From: Octopus bimaculoides
Lineage: Eukaryota
Direction of reading: 5' to 3'
DNA: 64,000 nt
NCBI RefSeq assembly: GCF_001194135.2
Contig: NC_068983.1
Location: 103,473,962 to 103,537,961, forward strand
Shown: positions 26,685 through 40,202 of the stretch, piece after piece
Layout of the letters: the number at the start of each line of letters is the position of its first letter
Position numbering within the stretch: position 1 is the first letter of the stretch
Position numbers and translations under genes: made by a program
The notes under the pieces: generated by a model
What the model saw: only the letters and a program-made list of their open reading frames with translations
Databases searched by the model: none
What the model was told of the DNA's origin: nothing

Positions 26685-27435
26685 TTAAACCATCACACCA
26701 ATAAATATCACAGCAGAAAGAACGAGAAATCCAAAATAAATGAGCAGTTATTAAGCAAAAATCAAAAGGACTTGGAGTTTGTTTTCACCTGCTTCATGTA
26801 CTATTTACATTTATTCTTTTATTCTTTTACTTGTTTCAGTCATTTGACTGCAGCCATGATAGAGCATAATAACAATTTCTTTCTTATCAGTGCTTTTTAT
26901 TACTAATTTGTGAAATCCTACCCTAATAACACACACATACACAATGATATTTTTTTGAAAAATAACACAATTTAGAAATGAGATTTAATCTAGAATAAAT
27001 TGTGAAGTAAATCCTTAAGTGTTCAAACTTCAATGATCGTTTATTTTTTATATTTTTGACGAAGCCTATTTTTAAGACAACTTATGGTGGCCAACTGTAG
27101 ATAATATCTTTGTTTATGAGGTAGCCATTCTCTATCTACAACTCACTTGCTTGGCTCTCAGTAGTGTTTACAGTATGAATTCACTGTTAACATGTGCTTT
27201 TCTTCCTGGCACATAATGACAGCAGTCATTTTCTGGAACTGGTTTCTTTTATCTCATTTTAATGGCACACATAAATCACTGCTTTTTTACTTTAACCTTT
27301 TTCCTCATTATAGCATCTGCGAGTGCTTGTGTGGGACCCATGGAAGCCAACACTATGTCATTATAAATAAATAAAATGTTTTATTAAACACACACTATTA
27401 TTATTAGCAGTAGTAGTAGTAGTAGCAGCAGCAGC

Positions 27436-27474
<39 letters not shown>

Positions 27475-27475
<1 letters not shown>

Positions 27476-27891
27476 AGGCAGCAAGCTGGAAGAATCGTTA
27501 GCACACTGGGCAAAATTCTTAGCGGTATTTCGTCTGCCACAGCGTTCTGAGTTCAAATACTGCCAAGGTTGACTTTGCCTTTCATCCTTTCGGGGTCGAT
27601 AAATTAAGTACCAGTGGAGTACTGGAGTCAATGTGATCGACTGTCCCCTTCCGCACAAAATCCAGGCCTTGTGCCTATAGTAGAAAGGATTATTATTAGT
27701 AGTATAGTAAGGCAGCGAGCTGGCAGAATCGTTAGCGCGCTGGATGAAATGCTTAGAGGTATTTCGCCCGTCGCTATGCTCTGAGCTCAAATTCCACTGA
27801 GTTCGACTTTACCGCTCATCCTTTTAAGGTTGATAAATTAAGTACCAGTGAAACACTGGGTTGAGCTAATCAACTAGTCCCCTCACCCAAC

Positions 27892-27986
<95 letters not shown>

Positions 27987-29022
27987 AGGTGCAGATACAG
28001 TTGTGTGGTTGAGAAGTCTACTTCCCAGCCCCACGCTTTCAAGTTCAGTCCCACTGTGTAACATTCTTGGTGTCTTCAACTATAGCGCCAGTCCAAACAA
28101 AGCTTAGTAAGTGTATATGGTAGGTGGAAACAGGGAGAAGCCCATCATTATGTGTTTTTGTCTCTTTGTCTGGACATGGCATGATAGTTGTAAACGAGTG
28201 TCACTGTCATACAGTGTCGGGGAATTACTTTTCTTGGAAAAAGGTGAATGTTGGTGACAGGAAGAGCTTCTGACCTTAGAAAATTTGCCTCAGTAAATTC
28301 CATCCAACCCCAATCAAGCATCAAATGGTGAATATTAAAACAATTTATTATTATTATTATTTTATTATTATTATAATAATTATTATCTAAGGCAACAAGC
28401 TGGCAGAACCATCAGCATGCTGGGCAAAATGCTTAGTTTTATTGTGCCCGTCACTACGTTCGGAGATCAAATTCCTCTGAGGTCAACTTTAACCTTGCAT
28501 CCTTTCGGGGTTGATAAATTAAGTACCAGTGAACACTGAGGTCGATCTAATTGACTCATCCCTCCCCAAAATTGTTGCCCTTGTGGCAAAATTTGAAACT
28601 ATTATCATTATTATTATAAAGGTGGCAAGCTGGCAGAATCATTAGCACACCAGACAAAATGCTTTGCGGAATTTCATGCATCTTTATGTCCTAAGTTCAA
28701 ATTCCGCCGAGGTCAACTTTGCCTTTCATCCTTCCAGGGTCGATAAAACAAGTACCAGTTGAACACTGGGATCAATGTAATTGACTTCTCCCCTCCTCAT
28801 TCTAGCTGGCCTTGGGCCAAAATTTGAAATCATTATTATTATTATTAATATTTTAAGGTGGACAGTTGGCAGAATCGTTAGCCCACCAGCCAAATTGCTT
28901 AGCAGTATTTCATCTGACTAGATTGACTTTGCCTTTCATTCTTTCGGGGTCAATAAATTAAGTACCAGTGAAACATTGGCATTGATATGATCAACTAACC
29001 CCCTCCGCAAAAATTTCAGACC
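27475..29022 (+). mobile_element. Head-to-tail cluster of five family C SINEs (head AAGGCGGCGAGCTGGCAGAATCGTTAGC) plus one other SINE-like element
   Basis: Copies start at ~27475, 27709, 28389, 28619 and 28855, each preceded by (TAG)n or (TAT)n tracts. B-box-like GAGTTCAAATTCC present. Confidence 0.85.
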
Positions 29023-29486
29023 GTGTGCCTTTATTATGATGATGATAAGAAGGAGGATGATGGTAGTGGTGGTGGTGATGACGATTTTAGGAACTGAATT
29101 CAGAACCTTGGGTTTTGGGTGGCATATAGTCATTGTTTGAGCCACCTCCATTTTCATTATAGTGTTTTCTACTTTAGCACAAACATTATGTATTTGTAAG
29201 GAGGGTAATGTCTGTTTACAACTAAAACAAAACCCCACACATTATGGTTATTAATTTCATTAAACTCTGAATGGATGAAAAATAAAGTCAACGTTGGCAG
29301 GAATAAAACTCTGTTTTTCTTTTTTTTTTTTTTTTGTCTCTTAATGTAGACATAGCAGTAAAACTGCATGCATGTGCTAATGATTCTGCCAGCTCACAGC
29401 CATTCTAATGATAATAATAACAACAACAACTANNNNNNNNNNTGCCAGCTCACAGCCATTCTAATGATAATAATAACAACAACAAC

Positions 29487-29532
<46 letters not shown>

Positions 29533-29913
29533 GTGGAGGCGCAATAGCCCAGTGGTTAGAGCAGTCGACTTGTGGTCATAGGATCGCGGTTTCGATTCCC
29601 AGACCAGGCGACGTGAGTGTTTATTGAGTGAAAACACCTAAAGCTCCACAAGGCTCCGGCAGGAGATGGTGGTGAACCTTGCCATACTCTTTCACCACAA
29701 CTTTCTCTCACTCTCTCTTCCTATTTCTGTTGTACCTGTATTTCAAGGGGCCAGCCTTGTCACACTCTGTCACGCTGAATCTCCCCGAGAACTACGTTAA
29801 GGGTACACGTGTCTGTGGAGTGCTCAGCCACTTGCACGTTAATTTCACGAGCAGGCTGTTCCGTTGATTGGATCAAGTGGAACCCTCGTCATCGTAACCG
29901 ACGGAGTACCAAC
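29533..29913 (+). mobile_element. tRNA-derived SINE, family B
   Basis: Matches 12285-12670 (reverse complement), 34239 and 46512; inserted after a (TAT)n tract. Confidence 0.9.
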
Positions 29914-30519
29914 CATAATTATTATTATTTATAATAAAAATAGTGCTCCTGATCAACTATGAAGGAACATGCTTACTATTTGATGGTTGCAGTCATAAAA
30001 ATTTCAAATATTATCAGTAGCTTAGGTAAAAGAGCTTGAAGTGTGTCTCACTCACACAGACAACAAATACAATAATAAGAAAGTCAACTAATAGTCACTA
30101 TCAACATCACCATAGAAAAGCATAAAACAAAATGACTTTAGCTATGATTAAAATGCTTTGGAAATGGGATAGCAAAAGTATCTTTTTTAAGTAACCACCA
30201 ACACCACAGTAAATTGCTTTACTTTTAACAATAAAAATGTACTATATATAAAGCCTACACATATGTATTCATTACATTTTGTTCTAGAATGTAAAACCAC
30301 AAGAGGGTAATAAGAAAGAATCTTAACAATTCCATAATTATCATGCCAATACTTATTCCACAGAGCCACACAACATTTGTAGTAAGCTACACTGACATTT
30401 GTAAATTCAGCAAAAAGCTGTATGCATATTGATCACAAGTTTTACACAATCATATAATTAATTTGCTTTTTTTAATTTGATACTTTTTTTCCTTTTAACT
30501 ACAGTTAGAAGATTGAAAA

Positions 30520-31904
30520 AAATTAGAGACAATATACAGGAAATTCAAGGATGAGACTTCCTATAGCTTGGCTTTGGCTTTCAACATGTGAAAGAAGGAG
30601 TGGGGTTGTCTGTATTGAATGCAGAGCAAGGTTAGCAAATAAAAGAAGGCTAACAATTTTTTTAAATCCATCATAATTTTAGAAAACCTACTTCCAGTGA
30701 CAATTCAAAGATTATTTTGAGAAAAATAAATTTAGAGATCAGTTGGTCTTTGAATATATTGCTAAAGTATGTACCTCTCAGATTATAGGGTAAAAAAGCA
30801 TTTTTCTGCACACATACACAATCTTGTAATATTTAGGTGTGCAAAAATACTTTTTGGAAAGAAAGTTGCATCTATTCTGAAATAAATTCCATTTTCTAAA
30901 GAAATTGATGTAATGTTTGAACATCTCATTAAACAACTGAGATTTTACAAATAACAATAATAATAATATTATTAATTTTTCAATGCAAACTGACAAAAAT
31001 AATATTCATAAGCAGGCAATTTTGTTAACATATGAACAATCTTCATGAAGATAAGTTACTCTTGAAATGTTTCTCAAATGACACTACTGGGACAGAGCTT
31101 ATTCATTGAAGTGAAACAGTATCTAGAGATAAGCACATTCCACTGAAAAGTTTTATTCATATTAGTTCAGAATGCACTGTTTTGATAATTGGTAAAGAAA
31201 GAATATGTATAAAAAGAATGAAAGAAATTGTGCCCAATATTGTACATGTGCAAAGCATTATCAATAGACACCTGGTGGCAAAACATTTTGGTGATATTAT
31301 GAAGAAGGCTCTTCTTTCTGTTATGGTCTCAGCAATTAATTTTATCAATAGCTAATTCTTTTAATCAAAATGTTTTGAAGTAATTTTGTAATGATGTGGA
31401 ATTTAAGACTTTGTTGTTACATAAAGAAGTATGGTAGCTAACCAAGGGCAATAACCTCAATAGAGTATTTAAATTATGAAAGGCACTAACCAACATTTTA
31501 CACTTCAAATCATCACTGAACTGACCAAATATAAATAAAAAATGACAAGCAACAGAAACCAAATTAATTGATGCCTAATTGATAAATGAGGAAATAAAAA
31601 ACAAGGTTTTTTATATTTTTTTATTTAGTTACTGAAGAGACATATCCAAATCAACTAATAAATTAAATCTAATAACATAAGGAAAAAATGCAATCTTTTG
31701 AAAAGTTCTCAAAAAATCAGAGATTTTGTGAATAACCAGCTTGGTTGTTTTCAAAAATTTTGCAAAGGCGCAGGAGTGGTTCTGTGGTAAGTAGCTTGCT
31801 TACCAGCCACATGGTACCTTGGGCAAGTGTCTTCTACTATAGCCTTGGGCCGACCAAAGCCTTGTGAGTGGATTTGGTAGACGGAAACTGAAAGAAGCCC
31901 GTCG

Positions 31905-31963
<59 letters not shown>

Positions 31964-32720
31964 TTGTCCCCCCCCCCCAATATCGCTTGACAACCGATGC
32001 TGGTGTGTTTACATCCTCATAACTTAGCAGTTCGGCAAAAGAGACCGATAGAATAAGTACTAGGCTTACAAAGAATAAGTCCTGGGGTCGATTTCCTCAA
32101 CTAAAGGCGGTGCTCCAGCATGGTCGCAGTCAAATGACTGAAACAAGTAAAAGAGTAAATAACAATGCAACAAATAATACTTGAAGAGTTGCAAATTTCC
32201 ACTGAAATTCTTTAAGTTTTTTTTAGCTTTTTCAATGATTTATTTAGAAGAAAGGCAGCACTCATGAACTAGCAGGCCTTTGAAACTAGTAAGGGACAAC
32301 TGGAAAAAAATAAACACCTCCCTTATGCATTGCAACAGACTAATCTTTTATTGTCATATATGCTTAGACTATAAGACTCCTTAAAGCTTATAAACAGCTA
32401 ATAAAAGATTTTCAGAATTTGATTTCAAGATATTTTGAATGTGTCTCATTTAAGAAGCTACAAGCCATATAAGACAGACCCTATGATGTTGAGAAACTAT
32501 TGAATTTGAAAGAATATATCCAACTACTTAAGGAAAATTGAACATGAAAAGGTTATAGAGTTTTATTAATTGCTGACACCAAAAAGTTTTAAGCTGGTGG
32601 AATCAGTCATAATTTCTTTTCTAACTACTTGGTTTGAGGAAGCAGGCTTTTCTCCAGAAGAGAAGCAATCTAAATATTAATGAACATAGTACAGGAATGA
32701 AATTAAATCAGTCTCTGAAA
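30520..32720 (+). pseudogene. Decayed hAT transposase of the Charlie/Buster (ZBED5/SCAND3/FAM200-like) group, interrupted by a SINE
   Basis: Collinear fragments: DFL*LGFG and CIECRARLANK (BED finger, ~30555-30645); FGKKVASILK*IPFSKEIDVMFEHLIKQLR (~30853); MKEIVPNIVHVQSIINRHLVAKHFGD (31218); KTLLLHKEVW*LTKGNNLNRVFKL (~31405, cf. LLLHTEVRWLSKG); VIISFLTTWFEEAGFS (~32606, hAT dimerisation domain). Confidence 0.8.
31766..32158 (+). mobile_element. tRNA-derived SINE, family A, inserted in the hAT fossil
   Basis: Near-identical to 13278-13663. Confidence 0.9.
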
Positions 32721-33004
32721 ATCAGGGCTCCCTGAGTGCAAAACAGGAATAAGGAAGCTACTGAATCTGTATACTATTTATGGTATTAGCTGTTTTGTTC
32801 GTTGTGGTTTTTATACAATTTGAATAAAATTTCTCCTTGAAGTTTTGATGTTATTTAATTAACATTGTGGGTTAATGGTATTGTGGGCTATGCCCCCCAC
32901 CCTCAAAAAAGGGTGCATATCACTAAAATAAACTTCTAAGAGTAACAATACAAGTATTACATAATCTAAGTTTAATTGATCCATACCATCTTTTATCTTT
33001 TCTT

Positions 33005-33355
33005 TTATTTTTTTACTTGTTTTAGTCATTAGACTGTGGCCATGCCTTGGGGGATCTTCTTTTTTTTTAAAGCCTGGTACTTATTCTATTGGTCTCTTTT
33101 GTTGAACCGCTAAGTTATAGGGACACAAACACATTAACACTGGTTGTCAAGCAATGTGGGGGACAAACAAACACACACACACACACATATAACAGGCTTC
33201 TTTCGGTTTCTGTCTACCAAATACACTCACAAGGTTTTGTTTGGTCAGCCTGAGGCTATAATAGAAAACACTTGCTCAAGGTGCCACACAGTGGAACTGA
33301 ATCTGGAATTATGTGGTTGGGAAGCAAGCTTCTTACCACACAGACATGCCTGTGC
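33005..33355 (-). mobile_element. SINE family A, diverged copy
   Basis: Reverse complement of the family A body and head. Confidence 0.8.
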
Positions 33356-33544
33356 CATGTTCAAATTATTTGGAAAATTGAAATGTTACCAAATCCTGGA
33401 GTAGATAAAATAAGAACAAATCAAGAGTTGAAGTAAAGTTAATCAAGTATTCCTACCAAAAACAAATGTGGCCTTCTGTTTGTAAGTAAAATTTAGAATA
33501 TGATCACAACCACCATCATCACCACCACCACCATTTTGTTTTAA

Positions 33545-34096
33545 CCCTTTCAGATTACTCTGCCAAATGTAATGCAATATACTCTTTACTCTCTTTTACT
33601 CTTTTACTTGTTTCAGTCATTTGACTGTGGCCATGCTGGAGCACCGCCTTTAGTCGAGCAAATTGACCCCAGGACTTATTCTTTGTAAGCCTAGTATTTA
33701 TTCTATTAGTCTCCTTTTGCCGAACCGCTAAGTTACGGGAACGTAAACACACCAGCATCGGTTGTCAAGCGATGGTGGGGGGACAAACACAGACACACAA
33801 ACATATATATATATATATATATATACATATATACGACGGGCTTCTTTCAGTTTCCGTCTACCAAATCCACTCACAAGGCTTTGGTTGGCCCGAGGCTATG
33901 GTGGAAAACACTTGCCCAAGGTGCCACGCAGTGGGACTGAACCCGGAACCATGTGGTTGGTAAATACTTCAATGATGTGATTACTTATTTTTTTCAATGA
34001 CATTGTTAGGTAGGTGTGAGAGGCCAAATCTGGCCAGTTTGAACATAAACAGATAGAATATTTTGGGCTGGATATGGCTGGTTTAATGGTAAAAGG
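33545..34096. mobile_element. TTAA MITE (family 1) interrupted by a minus-strand family A SINE (~33581-33961)
   Basis: TTAA|CCCTTTCAGATTACTCTG at 33541-33562; the MITE resumes at ~33962 and ends AAAAGG|TTAA. Confidence 0.75.
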
Positions 34097-34238
34097 TTAA
34101 ACAAATTTGTTCTCTTATATGACCTTATTCCTAATGAAATACATTGTACATGTACTTTAATTAATTTCTTAAATAGTCAACAATTACAAAGAAGTTTGCA
34201 ATATAACTTTGTTATTACCAACTTAGTATTTGGAATAG

Positions 34239-34625
34239 GTGGAGGCGCAATGGCCTAGTGGTTAGGGCAGGGGACTCACAATCATAGGATCGCGGATTCG
34301 ATTCCCAGACCAGGCGTTGAGAGTGTTTATTGAGCGAAAACACCTAAAGCTCCACAAGGCTCCGGCAGGAGATGGTGGTGAACCTTGCCATACTCTTTCA
34401 CCACAACTTTCTCTCACTCTCTCTTCCTATTTCTGTTGTACCTGTATTTCAAGGGGCCATCCTTGTCACACTCTGTCACGCTGAATCTCCCCGAGAACTA
34501 CATTAAGGGTACACGTGTCTGTGGAGTGCTCAGCCACTTGCACATTAATTTCACGAGCAGGCTGTTCTGTTGATCAGATCAACTGGAACCCTCGACGTCG
34601 TAAGCAACGGAGTGCCAACCAAACC
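34239..34625 (+). mobile_element. SINE family B with 13-bp TSD
   Basis: AGTATTTGGAATA at 34225-34237 and 34626-34638. Confidence 0.92.
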
Positions 34626-34670
34626 AGTATTTGGAATATAACAAGAACTTCTTTGAAGGTTTTAGTTTAA

Positions 34671-34889
34671 CTCTTTAATATTCACATTAATCTGTCAGAA
34701 GTAATGATTATCTATTCTTATTGTTTTGTATTAATCATGCATTATGCTGTGGTGTTGAGATTTTGTAAAGATAACAGTTAATTTTTAGAATATATTGTAA
34801 GGCTGATGTGAGAGGGCAGATCTGGCCAGTTTGATAATAAAACAGGTAGAATATTTTGGCCAAATATAGCCAGTTTAAACGTTAAAGGG
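34671..34889. mobile_element. TTAA MITE (family 1), diverged
   Basis: TTAA|CTCTTTAATATTCAC ... AACGTTAAAGGG|TTAA. Confidence 0.7.
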
Positions 34890-35404
34890 TTAAATATGAA
34901 CATTTTAAAATGGGAGATTTTCTATCTTAAAGATGTGATCATAGAACCATGGGTATCAAAAGGTTGAATTTAATTCTAATCAGTATATATTACAACCTAT
35001 GAACATCTGCCCAAAGAGGCTAAATAACAGTACAAGAAAACTACTTCCAAATCTAGTGACAGTGGTGTCAATCAGGTTACTGATTAACATCAAACACTCA
35101 CATCTTACAATGGAGACCCCTGAAAAGTTATTCAATACACAAAATTCTCTCCCATATGAATGAGAAAAAAACTTTTAAACGTAAGTAATATTCTCATGGG
35201 CTAAGAAATACTCATTCACTGGTCACAAGGGAGAAAAAGGTACATAACTTTACTATTTATGCATAAAGGGTAAAAATAGTAATGGCATATAGCAGTCCGC
35301 TTTGTGCTGGAAGTTTTTTGATTATACTACTTGTTAACACTGCTACACCAACTTGAAGCTGGCTGGACACTCTGTTAATCATAACCCTTTTGTTACCATA
35401 TTTC

Positions 35405-35599
35405 TTTTATTCTTTTACTTGTTTCAGTCATTTGACTGCAGCCATGCTGGAGCACCACCTTAAAGGGTTTTAGTCGAAGAAATTGACCCCAGGCTTTGTA
35501 AGCCTAGTGCTTATTTGATCGGTTTCTTTTGCTGAAGTGCTAAGTTACAGGGAAGTGAACACACCAACATTGGTTGTCAAGTGATGGTGGTGGGGACAA

Positions 35600-35647
<48 letters not shown>

Positions 35648-35811
35648 GATGGGCTTCTTTCAGTTTCCATCTACCAAATCCACTCACAAGGTTTGGGTTG
35701 GCCTGAGGCTATTGTAAAAGACACTTGCCCAAGGTGCCATGCAGTGGGACTGAGCCCAGAACCATGTGGTTGGGAAGCAAGCTTCTTACCTACCACACAG
35801 CCATGCCTGAG
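35405..35811 (-). mobile_element. SINE family A with 19-bp TSD, inserted in a second MITE family
   Basis: CCTTTTGTTACCATATTTC at 35386-35404 and 35812-35830. Confidence 0.92.
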
Positions 35812-36034
35812 CCTTTTGTTACCATATTTCGTTTGAAATACTCTGCCACTGTTTCAATAATTTCGAAAATGAAGAATTTAGTAAAATAACTTTGTCATTA
35901 AGCTGGTGTTTAGAACAAAAATTAGCAGGAACTTTTGATGGAAGGTTTTAATTTAGAACACTTTAAAACAAGAAGTTTGTATTATAGAGCTAAGGACAGT
36001 TTTAAGCATGTTGGTTTGAAATAAATCAATGCAT

Positions 36035-36472
36035 AGGCGCAGGAGTGGCTGTGTGGTAAGTAGCTTGCTTACCAACCACATGGTTCCGGGTTCAGTCCTT
36101 CTGCATGGCACCTTGGGCAAGTGTTTTCTACTATAGCCTCGGGCCGACCAAAGCCTTGTGAGTGGATTTGGTAGATGGAAACTGAAAGAAGCCCATCGTA
36201 TATATGTATATATTTATGTGTATGTGTGTGTTTATGTGTCTGTGTTTGTCCCCCCAACATCGTTTGACAACTGATGCTGGTGTGTTTATGTTCCCGTAAC
36301 TTAGCGGTTCGGCAAGAGACCGATAGAATAAGTACTAGGCTTCCAAAGANNNNNNNNNNTAGAATAAGTACTAGGCTTCCAAAGAATAAGTCCTGGGGTC
36401 GATTTGCTCGACTAAAGGCGGTGCTCCAGCATGGCCACAGTCAAATGACTGAAACAAGTAAAAGAGTAAGAG
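36035..36472 (+). mobile_element. SINE family A (with gap-associated false duplication)
   Basis: Matches other family A copies; 26 bp duplicated across N 36350-36359. Confidence 0.88.
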
Positions 36473-37025
36473 AGCTTTGTTTTGCCAGCTGAGTAGATTT
36501 AAGCAACAATGCACCAACTGGATCAGGAATCCAACCTATAACCTTATAACCAAGAACCCAGTTACCTAATTTCTAAGCAACATATCTTCTCGTGTACATG
36601 TGTGTGTATGTAAACATGAGTGATTGCATATATTTTTGCATCAGTGTGGTTGTTCTTTCTTGGTTTTGCTTTCTCAATCATATTGTTACAACAGAAATGT
36701 TGCTGTGGTTTTGCCATAGATAAGCCCTGATCAAGCAGGCAAACTTATGATGAAACACATTTCAGCTGTGACTAACTCATCTTTCTATTTAAACATAATG
36801 TCAAGGACTATGTAAACATAATGCACCCCTCGATTCTCTGGGCACCATATTGCCATTATCTATGCCATGCAGCTCCTACTGATCCTTTTCTCCCCCCACC
36901 CCACCCCATTTTTATCTAGTAGATGTGAGCAGCCATGCAGAACTGTCTGCAGGAACCTTTGCTGCCTCACCTCCTCTCACAGTAATCCCCTCATCTCCTA
37001 ACATGAAACTGACCACCCACCTCCA

Positions 37026-37056
<31 letters not shown>

Positions 37057-38388
37057 TTTTCTCGGGGCTCATGGTCCTTCAAATTGCATGACAACCTCAA
37101 TAGTACAGGTGGCACAAAAAAAGCAAAGTCCATACTGTAAAGTGGTTGGTGTTGGGAAGGGCATTCAGCTGTCAAAAAACTGTCATTGAGCTGATGTTCG
37201 GAACAAAAATTAACATGAAATTTTGATGGGTTTTAAGTTAAATCAATTTAAAACAAGAAGTTTGTACCACAGAGCCAAGGGGAGTCTTAGGCATGTTGGT
37301 ATGAAATGGGTCAAACCATCCAACCCATGCTAGCATGGAACATGGACATTAAATGAGGATGATGATGATACAATGTAATTTGATGAAGGTTTCACAGTAA
37401 TTTGTTTTTTACTAAAACAGTGTTTATGACTACATTATCAAATGTGTCTCTACTCTAAAAAGATAGAGTGCCATTTGATAAAGGTTCCATTGCTATTTTT
37501 AATAACCAAGAAACAACATTTACACACTCATTGCCTCCAAAAGAAAGGTTAAAACAATACAAGTTATGTTCTCATTATTATATATAAATACATATATGTA
37601 GAAATTTTCTAGATTTCATTAACTTCATTTCTGGTCATGGCACCTGAGCACAATAAAAACAATTAAATTTAGTTCTTTTGTGATGTTTAATTTTATTTCT
37701 AGCCTCTTTCTTTTTTTAATTTTAAACTTTAAATGTTCCATTGTAATTTTTACTATTATCTATGCCAAAAGTCACCTGACAAGTTTTTTTTTAGGTCAGA
37801 ATACTAGTTAAAAACTGCTTGCCCAAATTACGTCCTTCAATTAATTTTGACACACATCACAAACACACACACAAGGCCCTACAATGGTGCCCCTATGTGG
37901 TCGCTCGAATTACTAGAAATAGCAGCAAAATCTCCCTAAAATTAAACCCATTTTAGATGAGAAAGGACACTTTTTCAGTAATACAGTAACAGATGCTAGA
38001 AAAAAGACGAATGTAGCAACTAGAATGCCTTTGATCACAGGTTTACTAATTCAGGGTTGACCTAGACATAAGCAACAACACATACATAGAACCAGTGATA
38101 AAAAAAATGGACAGGGTAGAGGGAAAGTTTTTTTCTTTAAATTAACCTATATCTTTCTTGCACTTAGTTAATATTATATATATATATATATATACACAAA
38201 CAGTTTTAGTATATGAGAAAAACAGAAATAACTTTTTGAATGTAAAAAAGACAAAAAAACATCTAGAAATAGATAGAATGATAATTAAATAGAACTAACT
38301 AGTTTCTTTCATGTGTAATTTACAAACTATGAAAATTAATTGAGTCAGCAAAACTGTGTTAAATATGTTAACCATATTTTATATATAC

Positions 38389-38390
<2 letters not shown>

Positions 38391-38476
<86 letters not shown>

Positions 38477-38492
38477 GGAGAGAGAGAGAGAG
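38391..38492. repeat. (GA)n microsatellite
   Basis: Directly visible; explains the ER/SL-repeat ORFs. Confidence 0.97.
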
Positions 38493-38925
38493 AGGAGGGG
38501 TAGCTATTGTTGAAGTATGCATATATTGTGCCATGAGTCGAAGTAGAGGCAAACATTTGCCTCTATTCCTAATTAAATAGCACTAACTAGTTTCTTTGAT
38601 GTGCAATTTGCAAGCCATGAGAATTAATTGAATCACCAAAACTGTTAAATATATGTCTCATGTAATCATTGTCATTTTATACCTGCTTTCTGTGCTGGTA
38701 TGGGTTGGACAGTTCAATAGGAACTAATGGGTCAGAAGACCATAACTGCTTGCTCCAATATCTCAGTTGTAGCATGCTTTCTACAGTTTGAAGCCTTTCT
38801 TAATGCCAACCATTTTACAGAATATAACTAGGTGGATTTTTTAGAGTTTAGAGTTTGTCTTTCCCCCAGCCTAACTAAGAGTCCTCTCAATCCTGCATTC
38901 TCTCACCAATCAATTTACCAGAGTG

Positions 38926-38928
<3 letters not shown>

Positions 38929-39011
<83 letters not shown>
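38929..39011. repeat. (TG)n microsatellite
   Basis: Directly visible. Confidence 0.97.
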
Positions 39012-39016
<5 letters not shown>

Positions 39017-40202
39017 AAGTTGTAATAATGAAGTCAAACCAAATATTGATATTTTGAAATCTTTTAATATGTATGTTTAATGTTTTGCATAATATATAAT
39101 AGGAGATACATTGTGCACTGCTCTTTAACATAACATGAAAAATACATACTTATATATAAATTTAAATCACAATATATGGATTCAAATAATCCAGTAGTAC
39201 TCATATAAAAACGTCCTTAATGTACCATTTCTACAAAACATAGAATATATTGCACAATACAATTTGTCGTGATATTGGAAATTTCTTGTTAAATAAAATT
39301 TTATCAAACTATTTTCTCTGTCATTAATGACTTTATACTTATGAATATATATATATATATATATATATACATACATATGCTTGTATCATCAAACCTATAT
39401 ATATGTTTGATGATGTAAGCAGGAAAATAGAACTCAGAACATGAGTATATACCTTTTCTATTAATAAGTGGCAGAACTTACAAGGTTGGTCAAAGACTGA
39501 GAGTTCCATGCATGGGTACTTGATTAGTGTCAACACACAAAACTTTTGACCCTTGAGTCACTCTGCAACTTCTGCTGATTATTAATAAAAAACAACGTAT
39601 ATCTGTATGTATATGCATATATACACATGTACACCTACACGGATAAACCCTGTGCAGTATGTGTATATTGTAGCAGGAGTTAAAAGTTTAATATTAATCT
39701 CTACTCATCCCTGTCATGAAACAAAAGTATGGTTTTATTTCTAATTATATTCCTTCAATATACTATCCATCAGTAACTGATAATTCTAAATGCTGTCATT
39801 ATTTTTCTTAAACAGGATTTCAATTTAACTATATACAGCAAGCTACAGCCAGCTTATAATGGACATCATTCAGTTTCTCTCAACCAATTCTACTCACAAG
39901 GCTTTGGTCAGCCCAAGGCTGTACTAGAAGGTATTTGCCCAAGGTGCTACAGAGTGCAACTGAACCTAGAACCTGTGGTTGGGAAGCAAAATCCTACCTC
40001 ACAGCGATGTCTTTTTTTCTTTTTATCATTTAAATAAACTCTTTAAATTTCTTTTCTTAAATTTTTCACACTTTAAACTGAAGCTACTTTCTGTCAAATA
40101 AATGAAGTTAGAAGTCTTCTTCACAATAATAAAAATATAAAATACATTATCAAAGTTAAATGCCATTTACTAGCAATTCTTTCAAGGAAAGATAAGATCC
40201 TC

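Noticed and set aside
29679-29867. Near-identical 62-aa ORFs at 29679 and 34385 suggesting a gene family
   Set aside because: Both are the body of SINE family B.
30505-30630. 126-nt exon-like segment with strong acceptor and open frame (RRLKKIRDNIQG..CIECRA)
   Set aside because: Lies within the N-terminus of the hAT transposase fossil; exonisation is possible but unsupported.
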